Assembly: GCA_010909165.1 (NCBI GenBank)
Contig: MU008171.1
Coordinates: 1,054,001 to 1,118,000 of the forward strand
DNA from: Anthoceros angustus
Taxonomy: Eukaryota > Plantae > Anthocerotophyta
Direction of reading: 5' to 3'
Length of the DNA stretch: 64,000 nt
The position numbers and the translations under genes were made by a program. Under the pieces are notes generated by a model. The model searched no databases. It had not been told where the DNA came from and was given only the letters and a program-made list of their open reading frames with translations. Below, piece after piece: positions 10,934 to 21,655 of this stretch (positions are counted from its first letter, which is position 1; the number at the start of each line of letters is the position of its first letter).

Positions 10934-12201
10934 ATGGCGGATTCAGCAACGCCTTCCCCGTCCTGCCCCAGGTTGTGCATGGTTCTGCTTGCTCAAGTTC
11001 TGTTGGAAGGCTTTGACAGTTTCACATGTACCGGATGTCCTGATTCAGGCAACGAGATGGTGATGCTCTACTTCAGTACTACATTGCCGTGGATCGCCAG
11101 CAATATAAGATGGTGTCTGTGCTCTCCTGGACACCAGTTTTCAGGTTTCCTTGTAGTGACAGTGCTGAGATTGTATGGATGTGTTTGTATGGATGTATGC
11201 TTGAGATTTGAGGAGAAGACGGAGGGTCTGCATGAGATGTTTATGATGCTAGATCCGATGCCAGGGGACTCTTGTTGACCTGTTGGAGGTACTGGAGAGG
11301 AAGGGAGGGCTGCCGTTAAGTATCTGCTGCGGTTCTCGTGGTACTCTTGATGCTGTCTGTGCTGCACTCACGGCATGCCAGCAGTTTACCATAAGCTTTC
11401 TGGTATGTGGTAACGCCTTCCTTGCTGTAGAGCCTATGTTGCTAGTTGCACTTGTGAAAGCTACCGCACCTTGACTCTGACGCAAAGGGATGGGACAGCA
11501 CAGTGACCTTGCCGAAATTGAACGTACCTCCACGTTGGATTCTTATCGAAACTCAATACTGGAATGGAATGAGAGCATGGAAGGTGTCCGATTAGGGGTG
11601 CAAGGAACCGACTCCAGAAAATTGCCGTCCCATCTGCTGGTCATGACTGACGTTTGCTTGCCTTCGAATTCCTTAGGAGAGGCCCCCCTGGCTGGCCGAG
11701 TGATGATAAACTACGACCTGCCAAGCAAAAAGGTGTGAGCCATGTCACATCTGTGTTGTTGCTTTTTCATTGTTCAGGCTTTGCTTCAGTCAGCTGTCTT
11801 TGCAGGAAGCGTACATGCGACGAATAGGGGCTTGCTTAAGTCACTCAGCAGCAGTAGGAAGCAGTACTGGTGTTGGAAGCCTCGTTGCAGGTTACCATTT
11901 TTCCCGCTACTCTGAAATTTTAGAGACGAAGTGCTAGTAGTAACCTGGCCATTCTGAGGTGCAGGCGGAGTAGTGATTAACGTTGTTGTCGGAGGAGAAG
12001 TGAACACACTAAGAGGCATAGAGGAGAGCTGTGGTGTTGTGATTGAAGAGATGCCCATTCATGTAAGAGCTTTCTCAGCTTTCTGAGCTTCTTGCTTTTA
12101 GTCTCCCCGCTATTTGTGTTTATCACCCCTGTTTTCCAGGCCATTTGTTTCACAGTTGCTGATACTGTACTCATTGACAGATTTCCGAGCTTTTATGGTG
12201 A
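10934..12201 (+). CDS. Plant eIF4A-like protein with only the helicase C-terminal (RecA2) domain
   Basis: Spliced exons give QYYIAVDRQQYKM | GTLVDLL..LPLSICCGSRGTLDAVC | HSDLAEIER..HLLVMTD..RVMINYDLPSKK | EAYMRR..GVVINVVVGGEV..LRGIEE..IEEMPIH | ISELLW*. Confidence 0.85.
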
Positions 12202-12771
12202 GTGCATGAGCTGCTGTGGGAGTTGCAAGAGGCATGGCCGCTTCAGAAAGTCGACGCCTTTTTATCCAAAGCTGGTTGGCTTGGCAGAGAGTTTAGTCGT
12301 TCTTGGAAGATAAAATATTCTGGTTGATATTTTCTGTTAGTTTGGGGAGTTTCTGGACCGTATCGTTCCGTTCAAGGTTCATAGTGTGATTTCTTTTTAC
12401 GGTGAATTGCCTCTCGAAGGAGGATATGAGGAAGGGCACAGGTGAAATAAGATAGAAAGATGAAATATTAAAAAAGATAAAAAAAGAATTGGTAATTGTC
12501 ATGTCTAGAAGATGCATGTGTTGCATGCTTCAAGCAATCTCTTTGAATTTTAGTAATAGTAAAAGTGAAATGAGATAAGGAAGTGAAATATTAAAAAAGA
12601 TAAAAAAATTAGTTAATAGTTACTATATTAAAGAGATGCATGTGTTGCATGCTTCCTGCAATCTTCTTATTAGAGAGGAATTGCTGCAGTCATTAGTAGC
12701 AGCCTAGAGAGGACTCAGAGTGATCTAATGAAGAGCTGCCTAGAGAGGACTCTGAGTGATCAGTGGTCTAC

Positions 12772-12974
12772 AAAAATCTCCTTATCGCGGACGGCTACAA
12801 AAATCTCCCTATCTCGGACGGCAATATCTTGGGGGTGGTTGGGGATTATAGGGTAGATTAATACAGGGGAACGCCTCCCCTGGCCTGGTGCTCGTCATGG
12901 GTTGTCCCTTTTCGGCTCAAGGTAGATGGGATTTCCCATCTCATTCTTTTTATAAAGTCTCTACATTCTCCTCC
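12772..12974 (-). repeat. ~200-bp insertion in the Gypsy 5' LTR (dispersed repeat, copy B)
   Basis: Absent from the 3' LTR at the equivalent site, bounded by AAAAATCTC on both sides, and homologous to 7039 and 24071. Confidence 0.65.
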
Positions 12975-13659
12975 AAAAATCTCATGAGTTACCAGCTACC
13001 TAGTTGAGGTGAATTTGCGGGATATATCAGGGCTAGAGCAAGGGGCGCTGCAAGCTTTGTGTTGAGAGAGCTATGGAGAGCCTCGTTAGTGAGATTGTCG
13101 TTGAGTCAAGGGCAGTAGCCAGTTGGGTGTAGATAGCCAGACTCAAGTGTGTATTCTGTGAATAAAAGCAGCACCTTGAAGAAGTGATTTGCGAGTCGTC
13201 AATTGACGGTGCGCTACTTTGAGCCTTAGTACTGCGTCATGAAATTGAGAGCGCTGAGCATTGTGCAAGTCTCTATGTGGAGTGAATTAGCGAGGTCTTA
13301 GACTGTTGGGAAGCCAGTAGCTGCCGCTTCCTTATTGACTGCATAGTGAGGGGCGTTACTTTGTGGTATCAGAGTGTAGTCCATTCCTCGGAGTGACTAG
13401 AGAGTGCACAAGATGGTCAATGAGAAGCACAAGCAGATGCTCAAGAAGTGTCATGCCAATCATCTGCCTCAACTTCTTGATCTTGAGAAGAAGATCAGCA
13501 ACGTGACAAAGAGAACTCACCGCCTAAAGATACTGCGGGCCATCTGGAAATAAATCAAAGGATTGGAAGAAACAGATGATGGAAGCCTTTTTTGAAGTTC
13601 TATCAAAAGTTTTAGACTTCTGGCTACTGCCCTTGACTCAACGAAGGGCTACTGATAGA

Positions 13660-14563
13660 TTCAACTGATCTAGTTGATAGATTCAACAAGCAAGCGCACT
13701 TTATCCCTACCAAGAAGCGAGTGAAAGCTTGTGAAGTTGCTCAGTTCAAGAAGTATTTCTATGTGTTACATGCACTACCTATGCAGATTGTGAGTGGCAG
13801 AGATCCCAGATTCACTTCAGAGTTTTGGCAACATCTTATGAAGAGATTAAGAGTGCAATTATGTTTGAGCACAGCGTACCACCCTGATACAGAGAGGGTC
13901 AACAAGGAGGGTGAACAGAATCCAAGCAGAATACTTACGATACTATGTATAGATAGACCAATGGGACTGGAGTGATCATCTTGAGGATGAAGAGTTTTAT
14001 TATAATAACACTGTACATAGTTCCACAGGCTATACACTTTTTCAGATGACGAAGCAATGGACGTAGTTTTCATATTAAATGTTGAAGTGTTTGAGACAAC
14101 AGCAAGAGAACCACGTGAGTTTATTGAGCAATTGAAGGCTAGACATGAAGTTGCCAAGAAGATTTTGTCCAAAGCTCAAGAAAGCCAAAAGCAGTTTGCT
14201 AACAGGTACAGGAAAGAGGCAGAGTTTCAAGTAGGTAACAAGGTGTGGCTAAAATTTAAGAATTTCTCACTACCACAAGGGTTGACCTCAAAGTTTAGGC
14301 TTAAGTATGGAGAACCTTTTGTAGTTTTGAAGCACATTGCAAATGTGGCTTACAAACTACAACTACTTGATTGGATCTTCTCTCATAATGTGTTTTATGT
14401 GTCTTTGCTGAAATCATTTGTGATTTTGAAAGAGAAGGATATGAACAGGCAGGATTATGTCATCGTAGTTCAGCACAAACTTCATGGACTACGAGAGATT
14501 GTTGAATTCCTAGCAGAAAAGAAGTGTCTATTGTTCTTGGTTATGTACCATAATATCTGGTAA
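13660..14563 (+). pseudogene. Gypsy integrase remnant with possible degenerate chromodomain
   Basis: DRFNKQAHFIPT, IVSGRDPRFTSEFW, LSTAYHPDT, AQESQKQFANRYR..FQVGNKVWL, YGEPFVVL..VAYKLQL, NVFYVSLLK. Confidence 0.88.
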
Positions 14564-15187
14564 GGCTTAATGGTTATGCAGATCCTGTCTGAGTTTCACT
14601 TGAAGATGTGCAACAAGGATCATGGATGATCTCACGTTACACCGAAGGTCATTGAGAACAATGACGTCTTCCCAGTGAGGGAGAGAGTAATAGCATAGGT
14701 GAAATGAGGGTAGAAAGATGAAATGTTAAAAGAGGTAATAGTTAGTAATTGTCATGTTAAGAAATGCATGTGTTGCATGCTTCATGCAATCTCCTATTAC
14801 AGAGGACTTGCTGGCACCTCTAATGAAGAGCTCACCTAGAGAAACTCTTAGTGATCAGTGGTCTACAATAATCCCCTAAGTTAACAGTTGCCTAGTTGAG
14901 GTGAGCCTAAGCAAGTGCTTTGAGCATTGGTTTATCATTCAGTTCATTGTGCGTTGCAAGCTTTGTGTTGAGAGAGTTGTGGAGAACCTAGCTAGTGAGC
15001 TTGTCTTTGAGTCAAGGGCAATAGCTAGTTGGGCGTAGATAGCTAGACTCTATTATATGAATAAAGATCATACCTCGAAAAAGTGGTATGTGAGTTATCA
15101 GTTGACGATGGGCTACTTGAAGCCTAGTGTGGACGATGGGCTACTTGGAGCCTAGTGCTACGTGGTGAGATTGAGAGCGCTACGAGT

Positions 15188-15851
15188 TGTGCAAGTCTCT
15201 ATGTGAAATGAATTGATAAGGTCCTAGACCACAGGGAAGTTAGGACTTGCCGAGAGATGTGCAAGTCTATATGTAGGATGAATTGGTGAGGTCGTGGTCT
15301 ATATGTAGCATGAATTGGCAAAATCCTAGACCACGTGGAAGCCAACATTTGATGAGAGATGTGCAAGCCTATATGTGGCATGAATTGGCGAGGTCTTGGA
15401 CCCTGGGGACGCCAAGTCCGCATAAACCAGTACTTGCGGAGAAATGTGCAAGTCTATATATGTGGCATGAATTGGCGAAGTCTCAGACCCTGGGAAGCCA
15501 AGTCTGCATAAACCAGTACTTGCGGAGAAATGTGCAAGTTTTTATGTGGCATGAATATAAACCACTACTTGCGGAGAAATGTGCAAGTTTCTATGTGGCA
15601 TGAATATGAACCAGTACTTGCGGAAAAATGTGCAAGTTTATATGTGGCATGAATTGGCGAGGTCTTAGACCCTGGGGAAGCCAAGTCCGCATAAACCAGT
15701 ACTTGCGGAGAAATGTGCAAGTCTATATGTGGAGTGAATTGCCAAAATCCTAGACCGCGGGAAGCGCGCGACAGTATGTGGACTCTGAGTTGAGAATTGT
15801 GCAAGCCTTTATGTAGAGTGAATTGGCGAAATCCTAGACCACGGGGAAGCC
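15188..15851 (+). repeat. Minisatellite (~9 units of ~46-85 bp) inside the Gypsy 3' LTR
   Basis: Core ATGTGCAAGTCTATATGTGGCATGAAT recurs, with AAACCAGTACTTGCGGAGAA and GACCCTGGGAAGCC modules. Confidence 0.9.
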
Positions 15852-16188
15852 TAGGGTCAAAGAAGCCAGCACTTGGCGCTTGCTGGAAGCGCTTCCTTAA
15901 TAGCTTCGTAGCAAGGGGCGTTACAACGGGAGACTTGTGTGCAAGCTATTCTCTTTAGCATTAAGTGGAGTTCACCACGTCCGAGGTCTAGCCACACAAC
16001 AATGCCGAGGTTCGATTATTACAGCTGAACGGAGGTGGCTCGGCATGAAGTTGAAATTTCACGGGCCACACGAAGTGAGCCTAATCTTCGGGAAATAGGA
16101 ATCGTCATGGCCACCTCAGGCTGTCTGTATGGCACCGGCAACTCACAGACAAGCAAGCAAGCTTCCGACAGCGACCCCGACGGCTTGG

Positions 16189-16800
16189 CTAAGACTGGAG
16201 GGCCTTCCCAGCCGTGTACAAGTACAGACTGATGCCATCAACTCTTGCGACCGACGATGGCTCCCATCTCCCAAACGGCCAGCAGAACGACACAACACGG
16301 GCACCCGCAGGCAGTTCCTGCTGGAGCTTGGGCAGCAGCAAATCATTCCCCCGTTCCGTCAAATAAAGTGTCACGACAGAGGACCTGGACAGATCTACAG
16401 CGAGTGCATCACAGAGCTCAAGAGTAATCATGTGCCCCAACCCAGCCTGCTGCACCGCTCTTTGCGCTTCGGCAAAGAGAGCAGAATCCAGCTCCACACC
16501 GTGCCCCTTGGCCCCGCACTGCTTGGCCGCTGCGCAAGGCAACATCCTATCAACACCCCCCAAGTACACCAGACCACAAGAGGCAAGCAATCCCCGGTCC
16601 ATCCCTTGCTTCACTCATCCACCTGCAATGAGAAGGCGAGCGTCACCGCAACCGAGGTCTACCACAGAGTCGCACGACTGCACTTGAGCAAGCTCCAGCA
16701 TGCGCCGAACCACATGCGGCGGCGTGGCGACATGCGGGGCGAGCCGCTGGCGCATCCAGTAACGCAGCCACAGATCGAGCCGCAGCTTCTGTGCCGCCAT
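16189..16800 (-). CDS. Class I SAM-dependent methyltransferase, FAM173 (ATPSCKMT/ANTKMT)-like
   Basis: Two exons (16800-16623, 16529-16189). Motifs: APHVATPPHVVRRML, VVDLGCGDARLLIAAAK, GVELD, VVTLYL, LLPKLQQELPAGARVVSF. Confidence 0.85.
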
Positions 16801-17055
16801 GTAGCACTCCCCCTTCGCTCCAGAGTTAGGGCAACCGAAGAAGCAGATTCTTTAGAGCAGCGGCATCCAGATATTATTTGAGCAGGAAACCTGAAAGGAG
16901 CGGAAAAAGGAAACTTGTCCTACGGTTACAGAAATAAAGGAAAGAAAGAATAGGCTGGCTATATAAATGACGGCGTAGCCCATGTCTGGAATGCCTTCCA
17001 CCGACGCTCCTTCTCCTGGCCGGTGAGGCCTCACCGTGCGATTAGTGCAGCAGCC

Positions 17056-18168
17056 ATGGCCCCCGCTGCGGATGAGGAGGCGGGGCTCGAGAAGGAGGGG
17101 GAGGCGGGCGAAGCGGAGGAGCAGAGGGTGGAAATCCAGGTTCTTGTGGATGATGATGATGATGATGATGATGATGCCTTGGCACAGTTTCTGGAGGACG
17201 AGGTGCTGGGCTGGAACGGCAGCGAGGAGGGATGTGGAGAGGGCGACAATGTGCATGAGGATGTGCAAGGGAGGCACAAGAGGAGGCGGGTAGAGGCGAT
17301 GCAAGAGTGCTGGAAACCGGGGGATGGCCCGGAAGGTGCTCTGACAGGCACTATAGGGAAGATTCCTCCCGAGCTGTTCCCTAGCATCTTGAAATTTCTC
17401 TCTTCTGAGGATCTGTCCATGTGTGCATCAGTTTGCCACTTCTTTCGAGTAGCCGCTTCTGACGAGAGTCTGTGGCGGAGGCTGTACTGTCTTAGGTGGG
17501 GCGCCCCCTCCTCCTCGGATCAGCGCAAAAAGCCTCGCGGCTGCGCCTGGAAGCAGCTCTACTTTGAGCGTGACAAAGCAGACATGGTTGAAATTGTGAT
17601 GAACACTCCCACTGAGTTCCGGGAGTACTACGTCCAGATGCAGGTGGCGAAGCGCAGCCAGGCGCCCCTCCCCTCTCAGGTTCGTGATGACCTAGTTGTG
17701 GTAGATTCCTCCCTAGCTGATCAGATGAAGGCATGGCTACACAGTAGGAGGCTGTCGGACGCTAATTGCAAGGACCACTGGTGCTCTGGAAGGACGTGCT
17801 CCTACTACCAGATTGGTGATGTGTTCCTGTGTGAAAAAACAGGGCGTGCTCATGTGTGTGATGATACTTGCCGGGAGACAGTCCTGGATCCCTCCAGTGA
17901 GCTCCTGGTGTGCACTGTCTCGGGTCGCTGCTTCGACAGTTGGGTCACTCTGACTGAAGAGGATGATGCGGAGCCAAGCCAGGGTCAGGTGGATGCGGGC
18001 ACCGTGATGGAGGAAGCAGACCCGTTGATGGGCTCGGGCAGGTTGGCCCGTGCCTACTGGTTGGGCTACAGCTGCGTGGATGAGCGAGAGCTGGACCAAG
18101 CCATGGAAGAGATCATCTACCCCAAGCCACTGACTCGTAGGCCAGGCCGATACATCCGTCCCAACTGA
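17056..18168 (+). CDS. SKIP31: F-box protein SKIP31-like, intronless
   Basis: Acidic N-terminus, F-box (IPPELFPSILKFLS..LWRRLYCLRWG), then QMQVAKRSQAP, CEKTGRAHVCDDTC, LLVCTVSGRCF and MGSGRLARAY, in one uninterrupted ORF. Confidence 0.88.
   Translation: MAPAADEEAGLEKEGEAGEAEEQRVEIQVLVDDDDDDDDDALAQFLEDEVLGWNGSEEGCGEGDNVHEDVQGRHKRRRVEAMQECWKPGDGPEGALTGTIGKIPPELFPSILKFLSSEDLSMCASVCHFFRVAASDESLWRRLYCLRWGAPSSSDQRKKPRGCAWKQLYFERDKADMVEIVMNTPTEFREYYVQMQVAKRSQAPLPSQVRDDLVVVDSSLADQMKAWLHSRRLSDANCKDHWCSGRTCSYYQIGDVFLCEKTGRAHVCDDTCRETVLDPSSELLVCTVSGRCFDSWVTLTEEDDAEPSQGQVDAGTVMEEADPLMGSGRLARAYWLGYSCVDERELDQAMEEIIYPKPLTRRPGRYIRPN
17149..17175 (+). repeat. (GAT)9 coding microsatellite (poly-Asp)
   Basis: Nine consecutive GAT codons in SKIP31. 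Confidence 0.95.
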
Positions 18169-18756
18169 TGCTCGTCCCAGGGGGTAGGAGATGGCATGGC
18201 TGTAGCGGCTTGGATGATCCATGACTGTCTTCCCTCAAGTGTCATGATGCCTCGGGCGTCCCTGTGTAACCAGGAATATACACTGCTGGAAATGTAGCAC
18301 GCGGTAGGCTTAGCATGATTCTTTGTAGTATATTTATCCTGGAGGTTTTCGCCATCTACCGTGCATCGAGGTTCTTCGACAGGGCATCTTTCAGGTTGCC
18401 GTAAACATCGTCAAAGAACATAGAAGATGTGTAGAATACTTTTCTTATCGTTTACATCATCCTGATATTTTATGACAGCTTCTGCCGTGATCCTTGGAGG
18501 ATCTGGGGCCCTCGGGCCCCACCCTCCGCTACACCTAATACGAGTGGGGCGGGACATACAACAGGAAGACAAGTCCAAACGTTGTGGCAATGTCGATAGT
18601 GGATCTGTCTGGTTCTAATTTTCTATGTAATCTCTAGGTATGGTTCTCATTTTCCCTGTTATCTCTAGGTATGGTTCTAACTTTCTCTATAATCTCGGTA
18701 CTCTTAGGAGGGAAGTTTGTGTTAGGAGGAAAGTTTCTTCAGCGTTTCTTGAGCGT

Positions 18757-19080
18757 CTGGAATGGTCATGAATGCCATGCATGGAATGGTCATGAATGCC
18801 ATGCATGGAATGGCCATGAATGCCATGAATGCCATGGCCATGAATGCCATGAATGCCATGCATGGAATGGCCATGAATGCCATGAATGCCATGCATGGAA
18901 TGGCCATGAATGCCATGAATGTCACTCATGGAATGGCCATGAATGCCATGAATGCCATGCATGGAATGGCCATGAATTCCATGAATGGAATGGCCATGAA
19001 TGCCATGAACTCCATGAATGGAATGGCCATGAATGCCATGAACTCCATGCATGGAATGGCCATGAATGTCATGCATGGTA
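18757..19080. repeat. CATG-rich minisatellite (9/24/33-bp modules)
   Basis: TGGAATGGCCATGAATGCCATGCA and a variant with an extra CATGAATGC, about 10 units. All module lengths are multiples of 3. Confidence 0.95.
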
Positions 19081-21025
19081 TGTGTCACACACTCGATGGA
19101 TCAAGGCACGGCATGGCGTTTCCAATCAAACAAGACATGACATTGCATGCTTGATGGACCGTGACATGGAAGGTGCATGCAGAATTCGAATAGGGACACC
19201 TAAACCTAATCTTGGTTTGGCTTACCTAACTGAGGTGATCGATGCTTTTAGGGTTGTGCCTGACTTATTCTTGGCCTGTTGCATGAGGTATGAGCAGGGT
19301 ACTAAGTTGGAGTCTAACGGCTGGCAGCTGTGCCTTTGTTTAGGGTTGAACGTATAGCAGGCATGGCTCGGTCACCATCAACTGCCAAGCGGAGCCAATA
19401 GGCTACGAGTAAATCGGTGAGCAGCCGAGGCCAGGCCAGGTCAGGCCAGGTCAGGCCTAGGCAATACAAGCTGAAGCATCTTGTGGTGAAGCTGGTGTTC
19501 AAGAGTTGCCACCAAGGAGACTGACAAGGAAACTTGGTATTCCTCAGGTGCATAGGTCAAACGAGGGGACCCGTACAATAAGAGAGGAAGGTGGAGCAAA
19601 AGAGGATGCAACTGCTACCAAGCAAGAAACTCAGGGTTCCCAAACTTCAATTGTCCGTGTACAAAAGTTTAGAGAGCGGCAGTGAGCTATGGCCATTGTT
19701 TCTAGTGTTAAGGAATGCTCAGTACGTCGCAAGCAAGATGTGGCTCGCAAATTAGCTCGTCAGTTTCTAGAGCTTACAAGTGGATACATAGCAGAATGTT
19801 GTAAAGACATTCTGGAGAAGTTTAGTCACCTACCATTGCCGAAGATGTTTCGACCAAGAGCTTGAAAGGATGCCAAAGACAGCCAATTGGGAGCATTGTT
19901 GTTGAAGAATGTGCGTGAGGCTGGCACAAGTTTAAAGGATGTTCAAGTTGGTGACAAATTGCGGGCAAGGAACCCCTTGTTTAACATTATCTTATCAAAG
20001 GATATCCAAAGAAAGGGCCTAGTTTCGAGCCTTTCTCGGCACATAGGAGTGAGCAGGAGGCACATCCATTGAGCTTTGAGCACCAAACAGGCAGGATATG
20101 TTCTAGGCAAGAGAACATGGTGTGGGGCTGGAAGGAAAGCAAGGTCTAACATCCTTCCGGCCTATGTAAAAGCAAGCATCGTCCAATTTTAGGAATCTGC
20201 TTCTCATCCTTCGTCAAACACAAAAGATACCAAGCGGCTACGGACAGCAGCTAAAACATTCATCAACCACATCACGCACTTTCTTGACATGTCACAAGTA
20301 CGTTTGGGTTATGGTTTTGTGCCTTCGTGTGATGCTTGATCCATGTTATTGCTGGTTGCCATTTACATGTTGTTTGGGCATCTGCTTGAGTGTGTGTGAA
20401 TGCCTAGTGTACATGTTCATTGTAACCTTAGTTTGGCATCTGCTTGGGGGACATGATGGCAAACTTTGATGCTGCAGTTTTGGTTCATTTGAGGTGTGGC
20501 AAATTGCATGTACCAAGCTGTAACAGAGGCTCTAGCCTGACAAAGCTATGGGTTCATAAGCTTTCTGACTCATTTGAGTGTGTGTAAATGCCTAGTGTAG
20601 ATGTTTGATTGTGAACCTCAATTAGGCATCTGCTTGGGGGCTTGGGGATTTGTGGGCAAATTGTGGCACTGGTGTTCAAGTTCATCTAAGGTGTGGCAGA
20701 TCGCATGTGTGATGGGTGAATTCTCCTCGCTTTTGTGAGGAACACCGGACATTCAAGTAGGGCGTGAGCTTTGAGAAGTTGAAGCCATTTTTTGTGAAGA
20801 GCCTGCAGGAGCGTAATCTTTGTTGTTGCCAGTATCATGTAGAGATGGCCCTTTTGAAGGATGCGTTGAATGGCCTCCGTGGGACTCTCTCTTGTGTCCA
20901 TCCCGTGGTCTTTGCCATTGTTCTTGTGAGGTCTGTGCTTTGCCAGGTACTCTCCCATTGTTTGTAATGCTTCCTCCACATGTGTGGTGTCCGTGAGACT
21001 ACTTTGTCAAAGTGCTCTACATGCG

Positions 21026-21230
21026 AAGGCAGCTAGATTGGTGGTGAAGGAATATAGCCAAGAACAAGGCATCGACTACAATGAGACCTTTACTCCAGTG
21101 ACCAAATTTGTGTCAATAAGGACCTTACTTGCAGTGGGAGCAATTGATGATTTGGAGATTGATCAAATGGATGTAAAAACTATATTTCTCAATGGAGACT
21201 TGGAGGAGGACATTTATATGGAGAAGAAGA
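21026..21230 (+). mobile_element. Copia reverse transcriptase fragment nested in the transposase
   Basis: ARLVVKEYSQEQGIDYNETFTPV..IRTLLAVGA..QMDVKTIFLNGDLEEDIYM. Confidence 0.9.
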
Positions 21231-21378
21231 AGTTGCAGTAGAAGAAGTTGCGGTAATAACAGCGGAATAACGAGCAAATCAGGCCTACAACCCACGCACC
21301 AAGGCCGCTCGAGTCTCCCATATGTTACAGCAAGTCGCTGCTCGATTCTCTACCAACTTGGCACCACTACCTCTAGCC

Positions 21379-21655
21379 ATGAGCGGCAGCGGGGATGGGG
21401 TCACGCAACATTCGCACCGGAAGCCGTTCCCGAGGTTCGGATCCAAGAAGGATGACGACGTTGATGCAGAAAGTTTTGTGAAGCTTTTTGAGTCCATTTC
21501 CTGAGTGAACATCGAGGACTCATCCATGGATCAGGTGCGCATCTTTCTCGTCCTGCTAAGAGGCCCGGCACAAGAATGGTATGCTCAGAAATTTTCTAGA
21601 CCTCCTATTAGTTGGGCAGTCTTGTAAGCTGATTTCCTCACACGATTTCGAGATT
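21379..21655 (+). mobile_element. Gypsy-type gag fragment nested in the transposase
   Basis: FPRFGSKKDDDVDAESFVKLFESI..VRIFLVLLRGPAQEWY..SWAVL.ADFLTRF, the retrotransposon gag pattern, with internal stops. Confidence 0.7.

Larger units (their letters stand above)
12436..15925 (+). mobile_element. Internally deleted Ty3/Gypsy LTR retrotransposon
   Basis: 5' LTR ~12552-13360 (with an extra ~115-bp partial copy at 12436), PBS TGGTATCAGAG at 13364-13374, integrase remnants, PPT AGTGAGGGAGAG at 14674-14685, and 3' LTR ~14686-15925 ending GCGTTACA. No TSD identified. Confidence 0.85.

Noticed and set aside
15283-15804. ORFs 15283-15603, 15199-15423 and 15565-15804
   Set aside because: They are by-products of the tandem array and have no domain features.
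15188-15851. CRISPR-like appearance of repeated cores with variable spacing
   Set aside because: The 'spacers' are themselves homologous modules, there are no cas genes, and it lies in a eukaryotic LTR. It is a minisatellite.
16005-16025. GGTTCGATT resembling a tRNA T-loop
   Set aside because: No cloverleaf stems or A-box in the flanks.
16129-16881. 250-aa + strand ORF
   Set aside because: Antisense shadow of the GC-rich methyltransferase gene, with no recognisable motifs.
19424-19460. Short CCAGG/TCAGG pentamer run
   Set aside because: Too short and simple to support any function.
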